This document shows positions 12,480 to 24,742 of a stretch of 64,000 bases of DNA, one piece after another. The DNA lies in the NCBI GenBank assembly GCA_964016885.1, contig OZ024741.1, positions 208,940,001 to 209,004,000 on the forward strand. Direction: 5' to 3'. Source of the DNA: Eledone cirrhosa (lineage: Eukaryota). The notes under the pieces are model-generated. The model was not told where the DNA came from. It did not search any database and was given only the letters and a program-made list of their open reading frames with translations. Position numbers and translations under genes: made by a program. The first letter of the stretch is position 1. Each line of letters begins with the position of its first letter.

Positions 12480-14500
12480 CTACCTTTCTGCTTCCCGGGG
12501 TTCGGGTCGCACGACTTCCATGGGGTCGGGGGCGTTGGGTGAAGGGGTGTCTTGTGGTGGTGTGGGGTCGTCAGTGTGTGGTGGGGTTGGGGTGTTTGGA
12601 GTTGTGTTGGGGAGGGGAAGGGGAGGGGGAAAGATTTTTAGTAGGACGCGGTTTATGGGTTTGACAGAGGGTGGTCCTACGTCCTCCTTAAAATCCTTTT
12701 TTAGTTTTTGGTAGAGGTTCATTGGGATCTTTATTAATTTTAAATGTGGGTAGTTTTCTGAAGAAACAAAGTTTACACCTTCGGTTTGTACCGAAGGATT
12801 ATTGTTTATGAGTTCATTTAATTTATTATTGTTTCTGTTGATGCAAGTATAGTGTAATGTCTTTTTTTCGGATGGTGTGAGTGTTTCGAAGAGGGGAGAG
12901 GCAGGTTTGGTTTTGTTTGTTGCTGGAGGGGTGTTTTGTGTTTTGTTGGATTGTGTTGACATTTGGGTAGGGGTTGTTTGGCCTTGTGTGTTTTGCACAT
13001 GTTTTCTTTTTTTCCTTTTAATCTGTCTGAACGACTCCGTTTCTTCCTCCGAATTCGTTGGGTTATCTTCAGTGTTGGAGGGAAGAGGTATGTTTGCTGG
13101 TAATGTTTCCGTTGTGGGGGAGATGGATGTCACTATGTTAGACTGTGTTGTGTGTTGTGGCTGCGGTGGTTGTGTTGTTTTATTGAGTGAGGGGTTGGGT
13201 GGGACTGTATTTTATTTTTGGGCAATGTGTTGTGACTGTTTGTGTTGTGGTGGTGGTGTAGTTTTACTGAGGGACGGGTTGGGTGGGACTGAGTTTTGTT
13301 GTTTGTTTATCTGTTGTGGTGGTGGTGGAGCTGGTGTTGGTAGCAGGGTTTTCTTTTTGTTGAGTTGGGGACAAGCCGCCTTCAGGTGCCCTCTGCCTGC
13401 ACAGATATGACAGGACGGCCTTCTCCCCTCCACGCTAATGTTTATATACCCGTGGCCCTCTAATAGGATTCTGTCTGGTATTTGGGCGATGCATTCAGGC
13501 TTCATTTGCACTACAAGTTCTATACCTGTTCCACTGAACGCATTGCCTGTGGTTTTCCCAATGGAAATCACGTTGTCATTCGCTGGATCGATGAAGCCAG
13601 CTATGAGCCAGCAGTAGTCCACATCTGGCATCATTGCATCCAGCCATATGCGCTGAGTTCTTTTACCCATATAAGATGGATAAAAGGTAAAATTTGTCGA
13701 ACGAATCGGTGACAAAGCACATTTTTTTGCCGCCGATTCGTTCTTCATAATAATCGCTAGGCTTCCATACAGTCTGTCTCTTCTTATGAAAGTGGTTTCA
13801 TTAAGTACTTCTGTAAGTACTGCTTTGATTTCTGTTTGTGTTGGCTGTTGAAGTTTTTTAGAAAACGACCGTCCGACTTTCAATGTATTTGGTGAGTTCT
13901 TGAGGCATTTTTACCGATAAAATACCATTTTCCCCTTCAGTTATGTATTGTTTGGCGTCTGTAATTCTTTGTGCCACATCTGAAATATTTTCAGGTATAT
14001 ATGTCAATGATTTCTTTGTTGTTTGTGCAAATGAAATATTATTGGTGTTGACTTTGTCGTCTGCTTTTCTTTCTGTTATGATGTTGTTTTCAAATGTTAT
14101 TTTTGTGTTTGTCGTGTCTTTGTTTGTGGTATTAATATTGTCATGCGGTGGATTGGCAGTATCGGTAGAGGGTCGGACGCCATGCTTTGACGCATAGAGT
14201 TACGGCCCTTGCCATTCTGAGTTCAAATCCCGCCGAGGTTAACTTTACCTTTCATCCTTACGGGGTCGATAACATAAAGTACCAGTAATACACTGGGTAA
14301 TTGTTGGCCTTGTGCCAAAAGTAGAAACAATTAATATTGTCATGCAATTTTTCAAAATTTTTTTTTTTCGTTGTTGGAATCAATGTCCAGATTTGTGTTT
14401 TCGTCATTTTTCTCCGCAGATTCGTCTGTTTTTATTTTATTTTTTCTTTCCTTCTCTATGACGTTAGTTGGGAAGGAAGGGGTGACTAAAGCGTGCGAGC
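12480..14500 (-). pseudogene. Tx1 ORF1 (gag-like, CCHC knuckle), disrupted
   Basis: ORFs 13212-13883 and 12480-13133; SINE insertion at 14147; upstream limit approximate. Confidence 0.7.
14147..14329 (+). mobile_element. SINE family 1 with 16-bp TSD, nested in Tx1 ORF1
   Basis: ATTAATATTGTCATGC at 14131-14146 and 14330-14345. Confidence 0.92.
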
Positions 14501-14677
14501 TTACAACTCTTACCGCCTGACAGTTCAGACGGGGGTTCAAGCTACACAATAGTATCAAAATTAAAATTGAACTTACAGAATTTCCACAATAAATTTGAAC
14601 AAAACTTCTGCGCGAAGTGAATTACATCTACGCTGTAGAACAGACGACAGCTAGATTGTAGATAGATATAGATAGAT

Positions 14678-15178
14678 TTCTTTATTAGCCACAAGGGCGC
14701 AACAAGAAAGGGGACAATACAAAGACATGCCGGGGATTTTACATACAGTCGTGTAAAAAATATAAAAACAAACAATTTCAACAATCGAAATCCCCAATAG
14801 GGGGGAGGCGCCACAAATGGGTTGTTTAATACCCCGTCGATAGAACAACCCTCAACTCAAGGAGCGTGTTGTGCAAGTGCTCCTTTCTTCCTTTTGCTCT
14901 CTTCCTCAACCTACAGGCTTATAAACAGAGAAGGCCCAATCACTCGGGCCATTTTCGCTTCATTCACCCACCTTTCAGTAAATTTACTGGGGTGCAGTCC
15001 TCTCTCTCCACCCTGATTCTCCTTCTAAAGTGATACTTAAAGAATGGAATCAATTGTTGTCCGGAGAGAAAGGCATCTGTCCTCAGTCCTCTCAACCTCG
15101 TCCACCATATAACTTCTTTCACCATAGCCACCGTACAGAGGAAAACCGCCTCTCTTTCGTTTTTGAAAGAGTCTGGCG
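14678..15178 (-). mobile_element. 5'-truncated Tx1 copy (related subfamily) with 20-bp flanking direct repeat
   Basis: EAVFLCTVAMVKEVIWWTRLRGL matches the ORF2 C-terminus at 9286-9550; GTAGATAGATATAGATAGAT at 14658-14677 and 15179-15198. Confidence 0.88.
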
Positions 15179-15292
15179 GTAGATAGATATAGATAGATAG
15201 ATAGTTAGAGAGGTATATATGTCTCACATCCTACGATAAGCAAGAGTAACTTCAAAGAACGGATTATCCTCGCAATTCTAAGACAAGACTTC

Positions 15293-17500
15293 GTGGTGAT
15301 AGTGGTTGTGATGTTGGTGATGGTGGTGGTGATGGTGGTTGCGGTTTTGATGGTGGTGATTGTGATGGTGGTGGTGGTTGTGATGGTGGCGGTGGTGGTG
15401 GTGGTGGTGGTTGTAGTGGTGGTGGAGGTGGTGGAGGTGGTGGAGATGGTGGTAATGCTAGTGGTGGTGGTGGTGGTGGTGGTTGTGAAGGTGGTGATGG
15501 TGGTGGGTGTGATGGTGGTGGTGGTGGTGGTGGTGGAGGTGGTGATTGTGATGGTGGTGGTGGTGGTGGTGGTGATGGTGGTTGTGGTGGTGGTTGTGGT
15601 GATGGTGGTTGTGATGGTGGTGGTTGTGATCGTGGTGGTGGTGGTGGTGGTGGTGGTGGTGGTGGTGGTGGTGGTGGTGGTGGTGGTGGTTGTGATGGAG
15701 GTGGTGGTTTTGATGGTGGTGGTGGTTGTTGTGGTGATGGTGGTGGTGGTGCTGGTGGTGGTTGTGGTGGTGGTTGTGGTGGTGGTGGTTGTGGTTGTGG
15801 TGGTGGTGGTGATGGTGGTGGTGGTGGTGGTGGTGGTGGTTGTGATGGTGGTGATGCTAGTGGTGGTGGTGATGGTGGTGGTGGTGGTTGTGATGGTGGT
15901 AGTGGTGTGGTTGTGGTGATGGTGGTGGTGATGGTTGTAGTGGTGGTGGTGGTGGCGGTTGGGTGGTGGTGGTGATGGTTGTGATGGAAGTGGTGGTTGG
16001 GATGGTTGTGATGGTGATGGTTGTGGTTGTGATGTTGGTGGTTGTGATGTTGGTGGTTGGTGATGGTGGTGGTGATTGTGATGGTGGTGGCGGTGGTTGT
16101 GATGGTGGTGCTGGTGCTGGTTGTGAAGGTGGTGGTGGTTATGGTGGTGGGTGTGATGGTGGTGGTGGTGATGGTGGTTGTGGTCGTGGTTGTGGTGATG
16201 GTGGTTGTGATGGTGGTGGTCGTGATGGTGGTGGTTGTGATGGTAATGGTGGTGGTGGTTTTGATCGTGGTGGTGGTTGTTGTGGTGATGGTGGCTGTGG
16301 TGGTGGTTGTGGTGGTGGCTGTGGTGGTGGTGATTGTGGTTGTGGTGGTGGTGGTGGAAGTGGTGAAAAAGCTAGTGGTGGTGGTGGTGGTTGTTGTGGT
16401 TGTGGTCGTGGTGGTGGTGGTGGTGGTTTTGATGGTGGTGGTCTTGATGGTGGTGGTGGTGGTTTTGATGGTGGTGGTGGTGGTGGTGATGGTGATGGTG
16501 GTGTTGGTGGGGATTCTGATGGTGGTGGTGGTTGTGTTGGTGGTTGTGGTACTGGTTGTATTGGTGGTGGTTGTGGTTGTGGCGGTGGTGGTGGTGGAAA
16601 TGGTGGTGATGCTAGTTGTGATGGTGGTGGTAATGGTGATTATGATGGTGGTGGTAGTGATGGTGGTTGTTGTAGTGGTTGTGGTGATGGTGGTTGTGTT
16701 GGTGGTGGTTGTTGTGTTGGTGGTGGTGGTTGTGATGGTGGTGGTTGTGGTAGTTGTGGTGGTGGCTGTGTTGGTGGTTGTGGTGGTGGTTGTGGTGGTG
16801 GTGGTTGTGGAGGTGTTGGTGATGCTAGTGGTGGTGGTGGTGGTGGTGGTTGTTGTGGTGGTTGTGGTTATGGTGGTTGTGATGGTGGTTATGGTGGTTG
16901 TCATGGTGATGGTGGTGGTGGTGGTTGTGGTGGTGGTGGTGGTTGTGATCGTGGTGGTGGTGGTGGTACTGTGGAGGTGGTTGTGGTGGTTGTGGTGGTG
17001 GTGGTGGAGATGTACAGTTTATGAGATGTTGAACGTATAATCGTATTGAAATACTTGTTTTATTAGTCATCATTGCAATGGTGTATATTGGTGGTGGTGG
17101 TGGTGGTGGTGGTGCTGCTGCTGCTGCTGGATGGGTGGTGTGGTGGTAGTTGGGTGGTAGTTGTGATGGAGAATATGGGCTGGTGTTTGAGTGGTGGTGT
17201 TGGGGGTTAAATGGTGGTGGTGGTGGTGGTGGTGGTGTTGGTGTGACTGAATGGTGGTGGTGGTGGTAGTGGTAGTGGTAGTGGAGTAGTGGTGGTGGTG
17301 ATGGTAGTGGTAGGTTAGTGCTGGTGGTGGTGGTGGTGGTGGTGGTGGTGGTGGTGGAGTGCTGGTGGTGTTGATGGTAGTGGTAGTGTTAGTGGTGGTG
17401 ATGGTGGTGGTGGTAATAGTTGTGGAGCGGTGGTGGTGGAGTGGTAGTGGTAGTGTTAGTGGTTGTGATGGCGGCAATAGTGGTGGTGGTAGTTATGATG
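15293..17500. repeat. Degenerate (GGT)n triplet satellite with GAT/GTT variants
   Basis: Direct reading; explains the poly-V/G/T/P ORFs. Confidence 0.95.
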
Positions 17501-17771
17501 ATGATATATGTCACTGTTCAATGGTGTTGTGGAACGTGTGGAATGCAGTGCTACCGAAGAAATATTTACTATTAACAAAATCACGCTTCATTGGATCATA
17601 ATTTATAGTGTTGGGCAAGGCTCATTTGTTGTTGTTGCTGCTGCTGTAATGGTGGTAGTTGTTACTACTGTTGTTAGTGGAGTTGTTGTTGTTGTAAATG
17701 CTATGGCGGTGTTGTTGATGGTGGTAGTGGTGGTGGTCGTCGTCGTCATCGTCGTCATGAAACATGGTAAT

Positions 17772-17990
17772 AATAATTGGTTCTACTTTAGGCACAAGTC
17801 CAGCAATTTGAAGTGGAGAGGGAAAAGTCGATAAAAATGACTCCAGTGCATTACTGGTACTTTATTTTATCGACCTCGTAAGGATGAAAGGCAAAGCTAA
17901 CCTCGGTGAGATTTGAACTCAGAGCGTAAAGGGCAGTAACTCTATGTCACGAAGCATTTGGTCCGACGCTTTACCGATTTTGCCAATCCA
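17772..17990 (-). mobile_element. SINE family 1
   Basis: Same boxes and core as 6212-6641. Confidence 0.88.
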
Positions 17991-18002
17991 ATAATAATAA
18001 TA

Positions 18003-18742
18003 AAAATGTATGGATAATTCCATAGAAATGTTTAAGGTAGGACAGACAGAGAAAAAATGTGGTTATGGATGGCTACAAGTGATCTAAAACCGGAAACAGA
18101 AGCCTTTATATAGAGAACAAGCACTAAGAACTAACTACATCAAGCATAGAGTACACCACACAGCAGAGAGTGATAAGTGTAGAATTTGTGGCATGAATGG
18201 AGAAACTGTATTGCATATTACCTGTCAATGCACACCACTAACTCAGAAAGAATATAGGAAACGTCACAACAACATAGCAAGGATAGGCCATTGAGCGCTT
18301 TGTTGCAAATATGCACTTGACAGAGCAGGAAAGTGGTATGAATATAACCCTGGGGGTGTTATCGAAAATAATGATGCAAAGATCCTGTGGGACTTTGTGA
18401 GTGAACATAAGAGACCAGATATTGTATTAATTGAGAAAGAAAGCAAACAGTTTTGGATCAAAGTTATAGCCTGTCCAGCTGATAACAAGGTGTGTGATAA
18501 AGAAGGAAAAAAATTGATAGATATGACAAGTTAGCTTGGGAGGTTGAGCAGTTGTGGTCACTGAAAAAGGTGGTGCTAATACCAATAATAAACAGATAGG
18601 GATTGCAACACAGATGGAACACTTACAAAACACAGCATTGCTTGAAACAGCTTGAATACCCTGGATGGTACTCGAAAAATAAGGGGTGTTGAACAGCTAA
18701 CACTGTAATACATCCCCAGTGCTAGAAGCTGAGCGAAGAAAC
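18003..18742 (+). mobile_element. 5'-truncated R4/Dong-like RLE retrotransposon in (TAA)n
   Basis: Manual translation gives DLKPETEAFI..EQALRTNY..CRICGMNGETVLHITCQC..RHNNIA..KILWDF..KRPDIVLIEK; (TAA)n at 17990-18002 and 18743-18760. Confidence 0.85.
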
Positions 18743-18760
18743 AATAATAATAATAATAAT

Positions 18761-21168
18761 TTCCATATTGGCCACAAGGGCCGGCATGTAGGGGACAATA
18801 CAATAGACAAGGACAGAGGTTTTTACAATTCAATCGAATCGAGTACAAAAAAAGATAACAAAATACATAACAAGAAAGTTCCCCGATAGTGGGGAGGACC
18901 ACCCAGGAGCGACACGGAAACCCCACAAATCCTGAACCACCTGACGCCCCAACGGCACCCTAGGAGGATACCCCCTCTCCTCTCCAAATCAGGAGACCTC
19001 AGGGACATGGTCAGAGTAGACCCATTCACACGGGCCATACTCGCTACATTCATGCATGTTGAGGGATTGGTCGAAGAGAAAAGTGTGTCTTCAGTCCTTT
19101 CAGCCTCGTCCACCTCACATTCTTTTTCGCTACAGCCACCAGGCAGAGGGAGACTGCCTGTCATTCCCGGTCAAAAGAAAGAGGTAGGGCGATATTGCCG
19201 ATGGACTCGGTCGATAGCCGCATCTGTCATACACGCGATAACAGCTGTTCGACATAATTCTATAAATCAGTAATGCACGGACACTGGACGAGTGCGTGCA
19301 GAACGATTTCGTCACTCTGCGCGCATCTCGAACAGGTCGGTCTGACCGCTCCTCCGTGCCTGGGGTTGGGGCTTAGACGATCACTAGTCTAATGGCACTA
19401 CCTTCGTTGTCGAGGAAGATCGTCCTTACTTCAAGATCCAGGGCTTTCCTAAACAGCACTGCCACCCCACCTCCCATTCCCGACCAACTAAGAGATGTGA
19501 AGATCTGATAGCCGTCGAAAATGGGGGCTAGTGTGCATGTGTCGGAAATCTTCGTCTCACTGACAGCAGTCACATCCATATCTAGTGACCTGAGGTCGTT
19601 CAGCAAGCGACCTTGTTCCCAAGACGGCCCCACCCACGAACATTTAAACAACCCACTCTTATAACAACGATGCTGGCTGGTTGGCTATGAGGCAAAAGGT
19701 GGGCTACTAAATCTCCGGGGACTCGTGGAGGTCATAGTTTAACCTCCATATTTGTTGGGGTTTCTTTTGCGAACCCCTTTAAAATCAACTGGTTGATCTC
19801 ACGTTAGTGGTTCCCACGTCAATGGGAAAACTCTCCCTAATGGCCTTATAAGCACCGTGCGATATATGTAACATCGTCATGTCTTCTGGAACTTTAAATG
19901 TACTGGTGCTGAAAATCTCCCCTCCTTCTCGATCTCTTCACTCCGTGCTATGAGGGCCATCAGATCTTTGTTGGCCCTTCTTGTTAGCACAAAGTTGTCT
20001 GTGGGTGTGATTGGTTGTTGTGGTTGTGCATGTTTTACTTTTATTTGTATATGGTAGTGGTGGTACTAATGGTGGCGTTTGATTTGTGTCTGTGTTGTGT
20101 GTATGTGATGTCTGCAATTTCTGTTGTGTGTGTGTGTGATATCAGAGGTGTTTTTCTTTTTCGTGTGTTTTCGTTTTTGTTTTGGGGGTCTTTGGGGTTC
20201 CCCCATGTCTGTCTTCGATTCGAGAAGAGGAGGTTCCACTGTCTGTTTCAAATGTTGATGAGTGTTTGTTTGTGTTTGTGTTCGTGTTTATGTGTGTATT
20301 TGTTGTTTGAGGAGGGGGAGGAAGAGAGAGAGTGGGAGAGCTTTACTAACCTTCCCCTTGGGTGTTATTTTTTAGTCTGTCATTGTTCTTGTTCTTGGTG
20401 TTGGTGGTTTAGTTGTTGCTACTGCTGTTGATTTTGTTGTACCTGCCGGTGATGTTGTTGGTGCCGCGGTTGTTTTCCCTAGCACTGGTGTTGGCAGCAA
20501 TCGAGCTTTGTGGGCCCCTGCAATTTTCAGCTGAGGGCAAAATGGTCGCAGATGTGTGGATTCACCACAAACGAATTCGTGCGGCCTTTTGCACATGGTC
20601 CGGGATGTTTTTATGTATTCTCGTCTGATTTGGAGAAGAATCTCCAAACCAGGCCCGGGTCATTTCTCCCTCTTTATGAATTTGATATCGAGGAGAGTAT
20701 CAGGGCCTTCTATAGACACGCATTTAGGAGTCACCATAGGTTCAGTCATGGCGGGATCCTGGGGACACGTACCCTTAAAGTTCTCTTCCCCTTGTAAGAC
20801 AGGTACATTACGAGTTGGTCCGATTTGCAGGGAACCACCGAATGTTTGATAACAAGAGCTTCTGTTTTAAAGAGCACCGAGATGCTCCCGTATCCCTTGG
20901 CCCTTGTTATGGCCTTCGGGATGCACTTCAGTGCATTCAGTTCTGCCTCCACTTATGGTGGGAAGGAGATCTCTTCTTTGTGAGATTGCACTGAAATGCA
21001 TCTGTACTTTTCTCCGTCGCTGCCAGTACCTCTGCCGGAACGTTTAGGTTGAACAAGGTCTTTTCCGTTGTGATGAGTTTTGCCACCTGAGCCAAACGTT
21101 CTTTTTTGTTCGATATATCCATAGTAGAAAGGTTTTGTACTTTTGCAGCTATGGCTGCAAAAGTACTC

Positions 21169-21221
<53 letters not shown>

Positions 21222-21238
21222 GCTGTTGTTGTTGTTGC

Positions 21239-21305
<67 letters not shown>

Positions 21306-21600
21306 GCTGCTGCTGCTGCTGCTGTTGTTGTTGTTGTTGCTGTTGCTGCTGTTGTTGTTGTTGTTGTGGTGGTGGTGGTGGTGGTAGTGCCGTTCGTTTT
21401 GTTGCTGTTGTCACTGTTGCCATTGTTACTGCTGCTTTCCTTTCCATTGTTGTTGCTGTTGTTGGTATTGTTGTTGTCATTGTTGCCGCTGTTACTTTCA
21501 CTCGGATTGTTGTTTTTATTATTGGTGTTGCTGCTGCTGTTGTTGTTGTTGTTGTTGTTGTTTGTATTACAATAACTTCGCTGTCGCCTGTTTGTTGACA
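18761..21600 (-). mobile_element. Internally deleted Tx1-clade LINE (ORF1, APE N-terminus, then directly the C-terminal zinc finger and 3' UTR)
   Basis: ORF1 knuckle FVCGESTHLRPFC, APE start (AVSETK, GGGVAVLF) at 19373-19660, CSRC-x7-HALVQC at about 19280-19335; (CAA)n expansion 21170-21366. Confidence 0.8.
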
Positions 21601-22080
21601 GGCGATAGACCCCATAGACGATTCTCCATACCGCCGCAAGGTATCGATGCTAGACCCTATCGAATGTCTTCGACCGATCCAGGTTGATCAGTTTCCTAAG
21701 CTACACTCGCTATGATGAGGTGGAGGTTGTGGTTGTGGTTGGATCTGTGTGGAATGACGCATATCTGCGTCTCTCCCTCCAGATACCCGACGACAAGCGC
21801 TAACCTCGTCGCTAACACCTTGGCCAAAATTTTGAACTCTGTGTTTAACAGATTTATTCGCCTGAAATTTTCTATGTAGTCCCATTTGTTCGGGTACTTT
21901 CTCAGCAGCGCTACTGATCCTCAGCTCACAAAACTGGGAATTCTCCCGTTTTGCTGCCAGTTGCAGTAGACATCTGCCAAAAGGTCAACGAACAAGTCTG
22001 GCATGTGAAAGTAAAGCTCGTAGGGCAGACCATCCAAAACAGGCGATTTACCCCTTGTACAGTTAGTCATTGCATCCCAT
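21601..22080 (-). mobile_element. Tx1 RT fragment
   Basis: KSPVLDGLPYELYF..YCNWQQNGRIP and a KTFDRV-like motif, homologous to 10850-11310. Confidence 0.85.
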
Positions 22081-22452
22081 ATTTGGAAAGTAGGGTTTGA
22101 TAAGATATATACTCTGAAGTAAGACTTTTGACTAAAACGCAATAATTTCCTTTTGTAGATACACTCATGGTTCTATATTCGATGTTCTCTCAATATAAAC
22201 AAAGAAAAAAGAAAGAGTTAACCAGTGATTTAATTCAGAGTGTATACAATTTAAAATTTAAAATAAACCTATTTCAAGTCATTTACATGTTTGCATAATA
22301 AAAAAAAGTAGAAAGAAAGTAGAAAATTGGCGTTAGTAGCATGGCGCTCTAATCAACTGAGATGATTTATTGTTTTTATTTTATAAATTAGGGAATAGAT
22401 GACGCATAGACACACATCCATACACACACACAACTCACATACACATATATAT

Positions 22453-22514
<62 letters not shown>

Positions 22515-22544
22515 CATATGTATATGCATATAAAAAAAGGTACA

Positions 22545-22838
22545 GGGCCCCCTTCGGTCACGAATGACCATGGGATTTGCACCTAGAAAGTTCCCCTCCG
22601 AGGCACAAGTCCGGGCAAGGTTGCTTGTGGAAGACTATGCATGTCACCTCTCCTCTCCATGTCACCGATGTTATCCAAGGGAAAGGCAATAACCGATACA
22701 TCTTGGCACCTGTGACGTCGCAAATCATTTCTACAGCTGAGTAAATTGTCTTGCTCAAAGACACAACGCATCAGCCGGTCCGAGAATCGAATTCACAACC
22801 TCACGATTGTAAACCCAATGCTCTAAACCACTAGGTCA
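22545..22838 (-). mobile_element. SINE family 2 (tRNA-like head, GTGTCTTTGAGCAAGAC central motif)
   Basis: Reverse complement begins TAGTGGTTTAGAGCATTGGG..GAATTCGATTCTCGG; homologous to 8248-8600. Confidence 0.8.
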
Positions 22839-22841
22839 TAT

Positions 22842-22918
22842 ATATTATATTATATTATATTATATTATATTATATTATATTATATTATATTATATTATAT
22901 TATATTATATTATATTAT
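22842..22918. repeat. (ATATT)n microsatellite
   Basis: Direct reading. Confidence 0.95.
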
Positions 22919-23221
22919 TCATAATATACTGGGTAATTGCTGGCCTTGTGCCAAAAGTAAAAACAATTATATTATTCATTTATGTTCATACTTGGAACAA
23001 AAGCGCTACCTATGGTTTCAAGGCCCAATATTGATCATATCTCAAAGATGTGAGAGGAATCAAAATTGTGACCTAATCTTCAGGCACTTATCCGATTTTA
23101 GAATATATCAACTCTCTTCCCGATTGAGCAGTTTCTTTTTTCCTTTTTCACACCTACACACACACACACACACACAAACACAACACACACACACATACAC
23201 ACACACACATGTTCATATATA

Positions 23222-23296
23222 CAGGGTGTCCCCAAAAAATGATTACATACATTTATTAGAATGCTATTGAAGTGTGTTACATTTTGGGGAACACTG
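23222..23296. mobile_element. Tiny Tc1/mariner-type MITE (CAGGGTG termini)
   Basis: CAGGGTGTCCCCAAAA...TTTTGGGGAACACTG; sister copy 51524-51616. Confidence 0.7.
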
Positions 23297-23481
23297 TGTA
23301 TATATATACACGTATATATTTGAAAGGTTACTTAAAAATGGGAAACTATTCTAAATTAAAGGAGATTAGACGTCGAGAATATTATTATTATGTAATACAC
23401 TAAAATAAATATGATTAGTTACCACAGCGATATATTTCGCTGTTTCTAAAACTTATTTTAATGTAATACGAGTCTGATGGC

Positions 23482-23694
23482 AGCATGAATGGACTTGTTA
23501 TTTTTCTCTAAAAACATTTTATTCCGATCCCGGCCTTTCCGTTCCTTCAATATTTCTAATTTCTTATTCTTTCTTCTGATGAAGGACTAGCGTCCGAAAC
23601 ATGAAGACCCTGTTCCTGCTATTTCAAGCGTTAACCTAATATATTCCTTCCATATACTGTACCGATTGTGTTGTTATTTCTGTTTACCCTTTAC
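23482..23694 (+). mobile_element. Solo PLE 3' end/pLTR (family B) with mutated HHR at 23572-23607
   Basis: Homologous to 37696-37916 and 50189-50441; TCTT CTGATGA A GGAC-TAGC-GTCC GAAA CATG AAGA (cleavage triplet altered). Confidence 0.8.
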
Positions 23695-23764
23695 ATATAT
23701 ATATATATGTGTGTGTTTGTGTGTAAGTATGCACACGTACACACACACACACACACACATACAT

Positions 23765-23801
<37 letters not shown>

Positions 23802-23961
23802 CATACATTCACACACATATATACATATACATATGTACGTATGGGTTATATAGAACATTAATAACAATGTTCGATTCGTTTGTAAACAACCGAGTCTGAT
23901 TTGAAGCTATGCCGTGCTGGTGACCGGTCGTCACCCGTTTGTTCAACACTGGCTTTGAGGA

Positions 23962-24004
23962 ACAATCAACATGTTTCTGAACCATTACCCTTCATCAGGA
24001 CTGT
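23962..24004 (-). ncRNA. Minimal type I HHR motif
   Basis: Reverse complement ACAGTC CTGATGA AGGGTAATGGTTCA GAAA CATG TT GATTGT; helix II weak. Confidence 0.6.
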
Positions 24005-24135
24005 ATACCTCTACCAGTCTGTTGAATGGTTGAATATATATAGTATTTTCTTAAGTAGACATAGGCTGAGTAGCCTCATTTGCACCGGCACAGCTTCAAA
24101 AGGACGCCGTTTGTTTAAAAATGAATCGAACATTG

Positions 24136-24320
24136 GTGTATTGGCAGTATCGGTAGAGGGTCGGACTCCATACTTTGAGGCAAAGAGTTACGGCCCTTTA
24201 TGGTCTGAGTTCAAATCCCGCCTAGGTTAACTTTGCCTTTCATCCTTACGGGGTCGATAAAATAAAGTACCAGTAATACACTGGATAATTGCTGGCCTCG
24301 TGCCAAAAGTAGAAACATTT
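24136..24320 (+). mobile_element. SINE family 1
   Basis: A/B boxes and conserved core as above. Confidence 0.9.
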
Positions 24321-24742
24321 ATCATTAATGTTCGATATAACCCATATGTACATATGTATATGCCTATATGTGTGTGTATGTATATATATATATGTGTATA
24401 TATATATATATATGTGTGTGTGTGCATACTTACATTTATGTACAAGCTGTTCCTCAAAGCCAGTGTTGAACAGGTTACCAGCACGGCACAGCTTCTAATC
24501 AAACTCGGTTGTTTACAAACGAATCGAACATTGTTATTAATGTTCGATATAACCCATACGTACATATGTATATCTATATATATGTGTGTGTATGTATATA
24601 TATATGTGTGTGTGTGTATATATACACACACATGTATATATAAATATATGTGTGTGTGTGTGTGTGTGTATGTGTGTGTACGTGTGCATACTTACTAGCT
24701 GTGCTAGGGCGAGAAATAAAATTCTAATTATATATATATATA

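Larger units (their letters stand above)
9082..14651 (-). mobile_element. Near-full-length decayed Tx1/L1-clade LINE
   Basis: ORF1 with CHIC-x4-H-x4-C knuckle; ORF2 APE (GCLNARGL, GDWN, SYLDRF, YTDH), RT (SPGLDG, DQSKAFDRV, QGCPLS, YADD) and C-terminal zinc-finger region; AATAAA before the tail; GATA tracts at both ends. Confidence 0.93.
23833..24567. mobile_element. Family A-related HHR repeat with inverted arms, interrupted by a SINE 1 copy (24136-24320)
   Basis: 23833-23963 is inverted at about 24448-24567; shares GTACGTATGG, TTTGTAAACAA, TGTTCAACACTG and GGCTGAGTAGCC with family A. Confidence 0.75.

Noticed and set aside
14147-14329. tRNA gene suggested by A and B boxes
   Set aside because: No cloverleaf; multi-copy SINE with body, tail and TSD
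15264-17040. Mucin-, extensin- or Gly/Cys-rich-looking ORFs
   Set aside because: Translations of the (GGT)n array; overlapping ORFs in most frames
20953-21639. Poly-Q ORF
   Set aside because: (CAA)n expansion inside a decayed Tx1 ORF1 region, not a host gene
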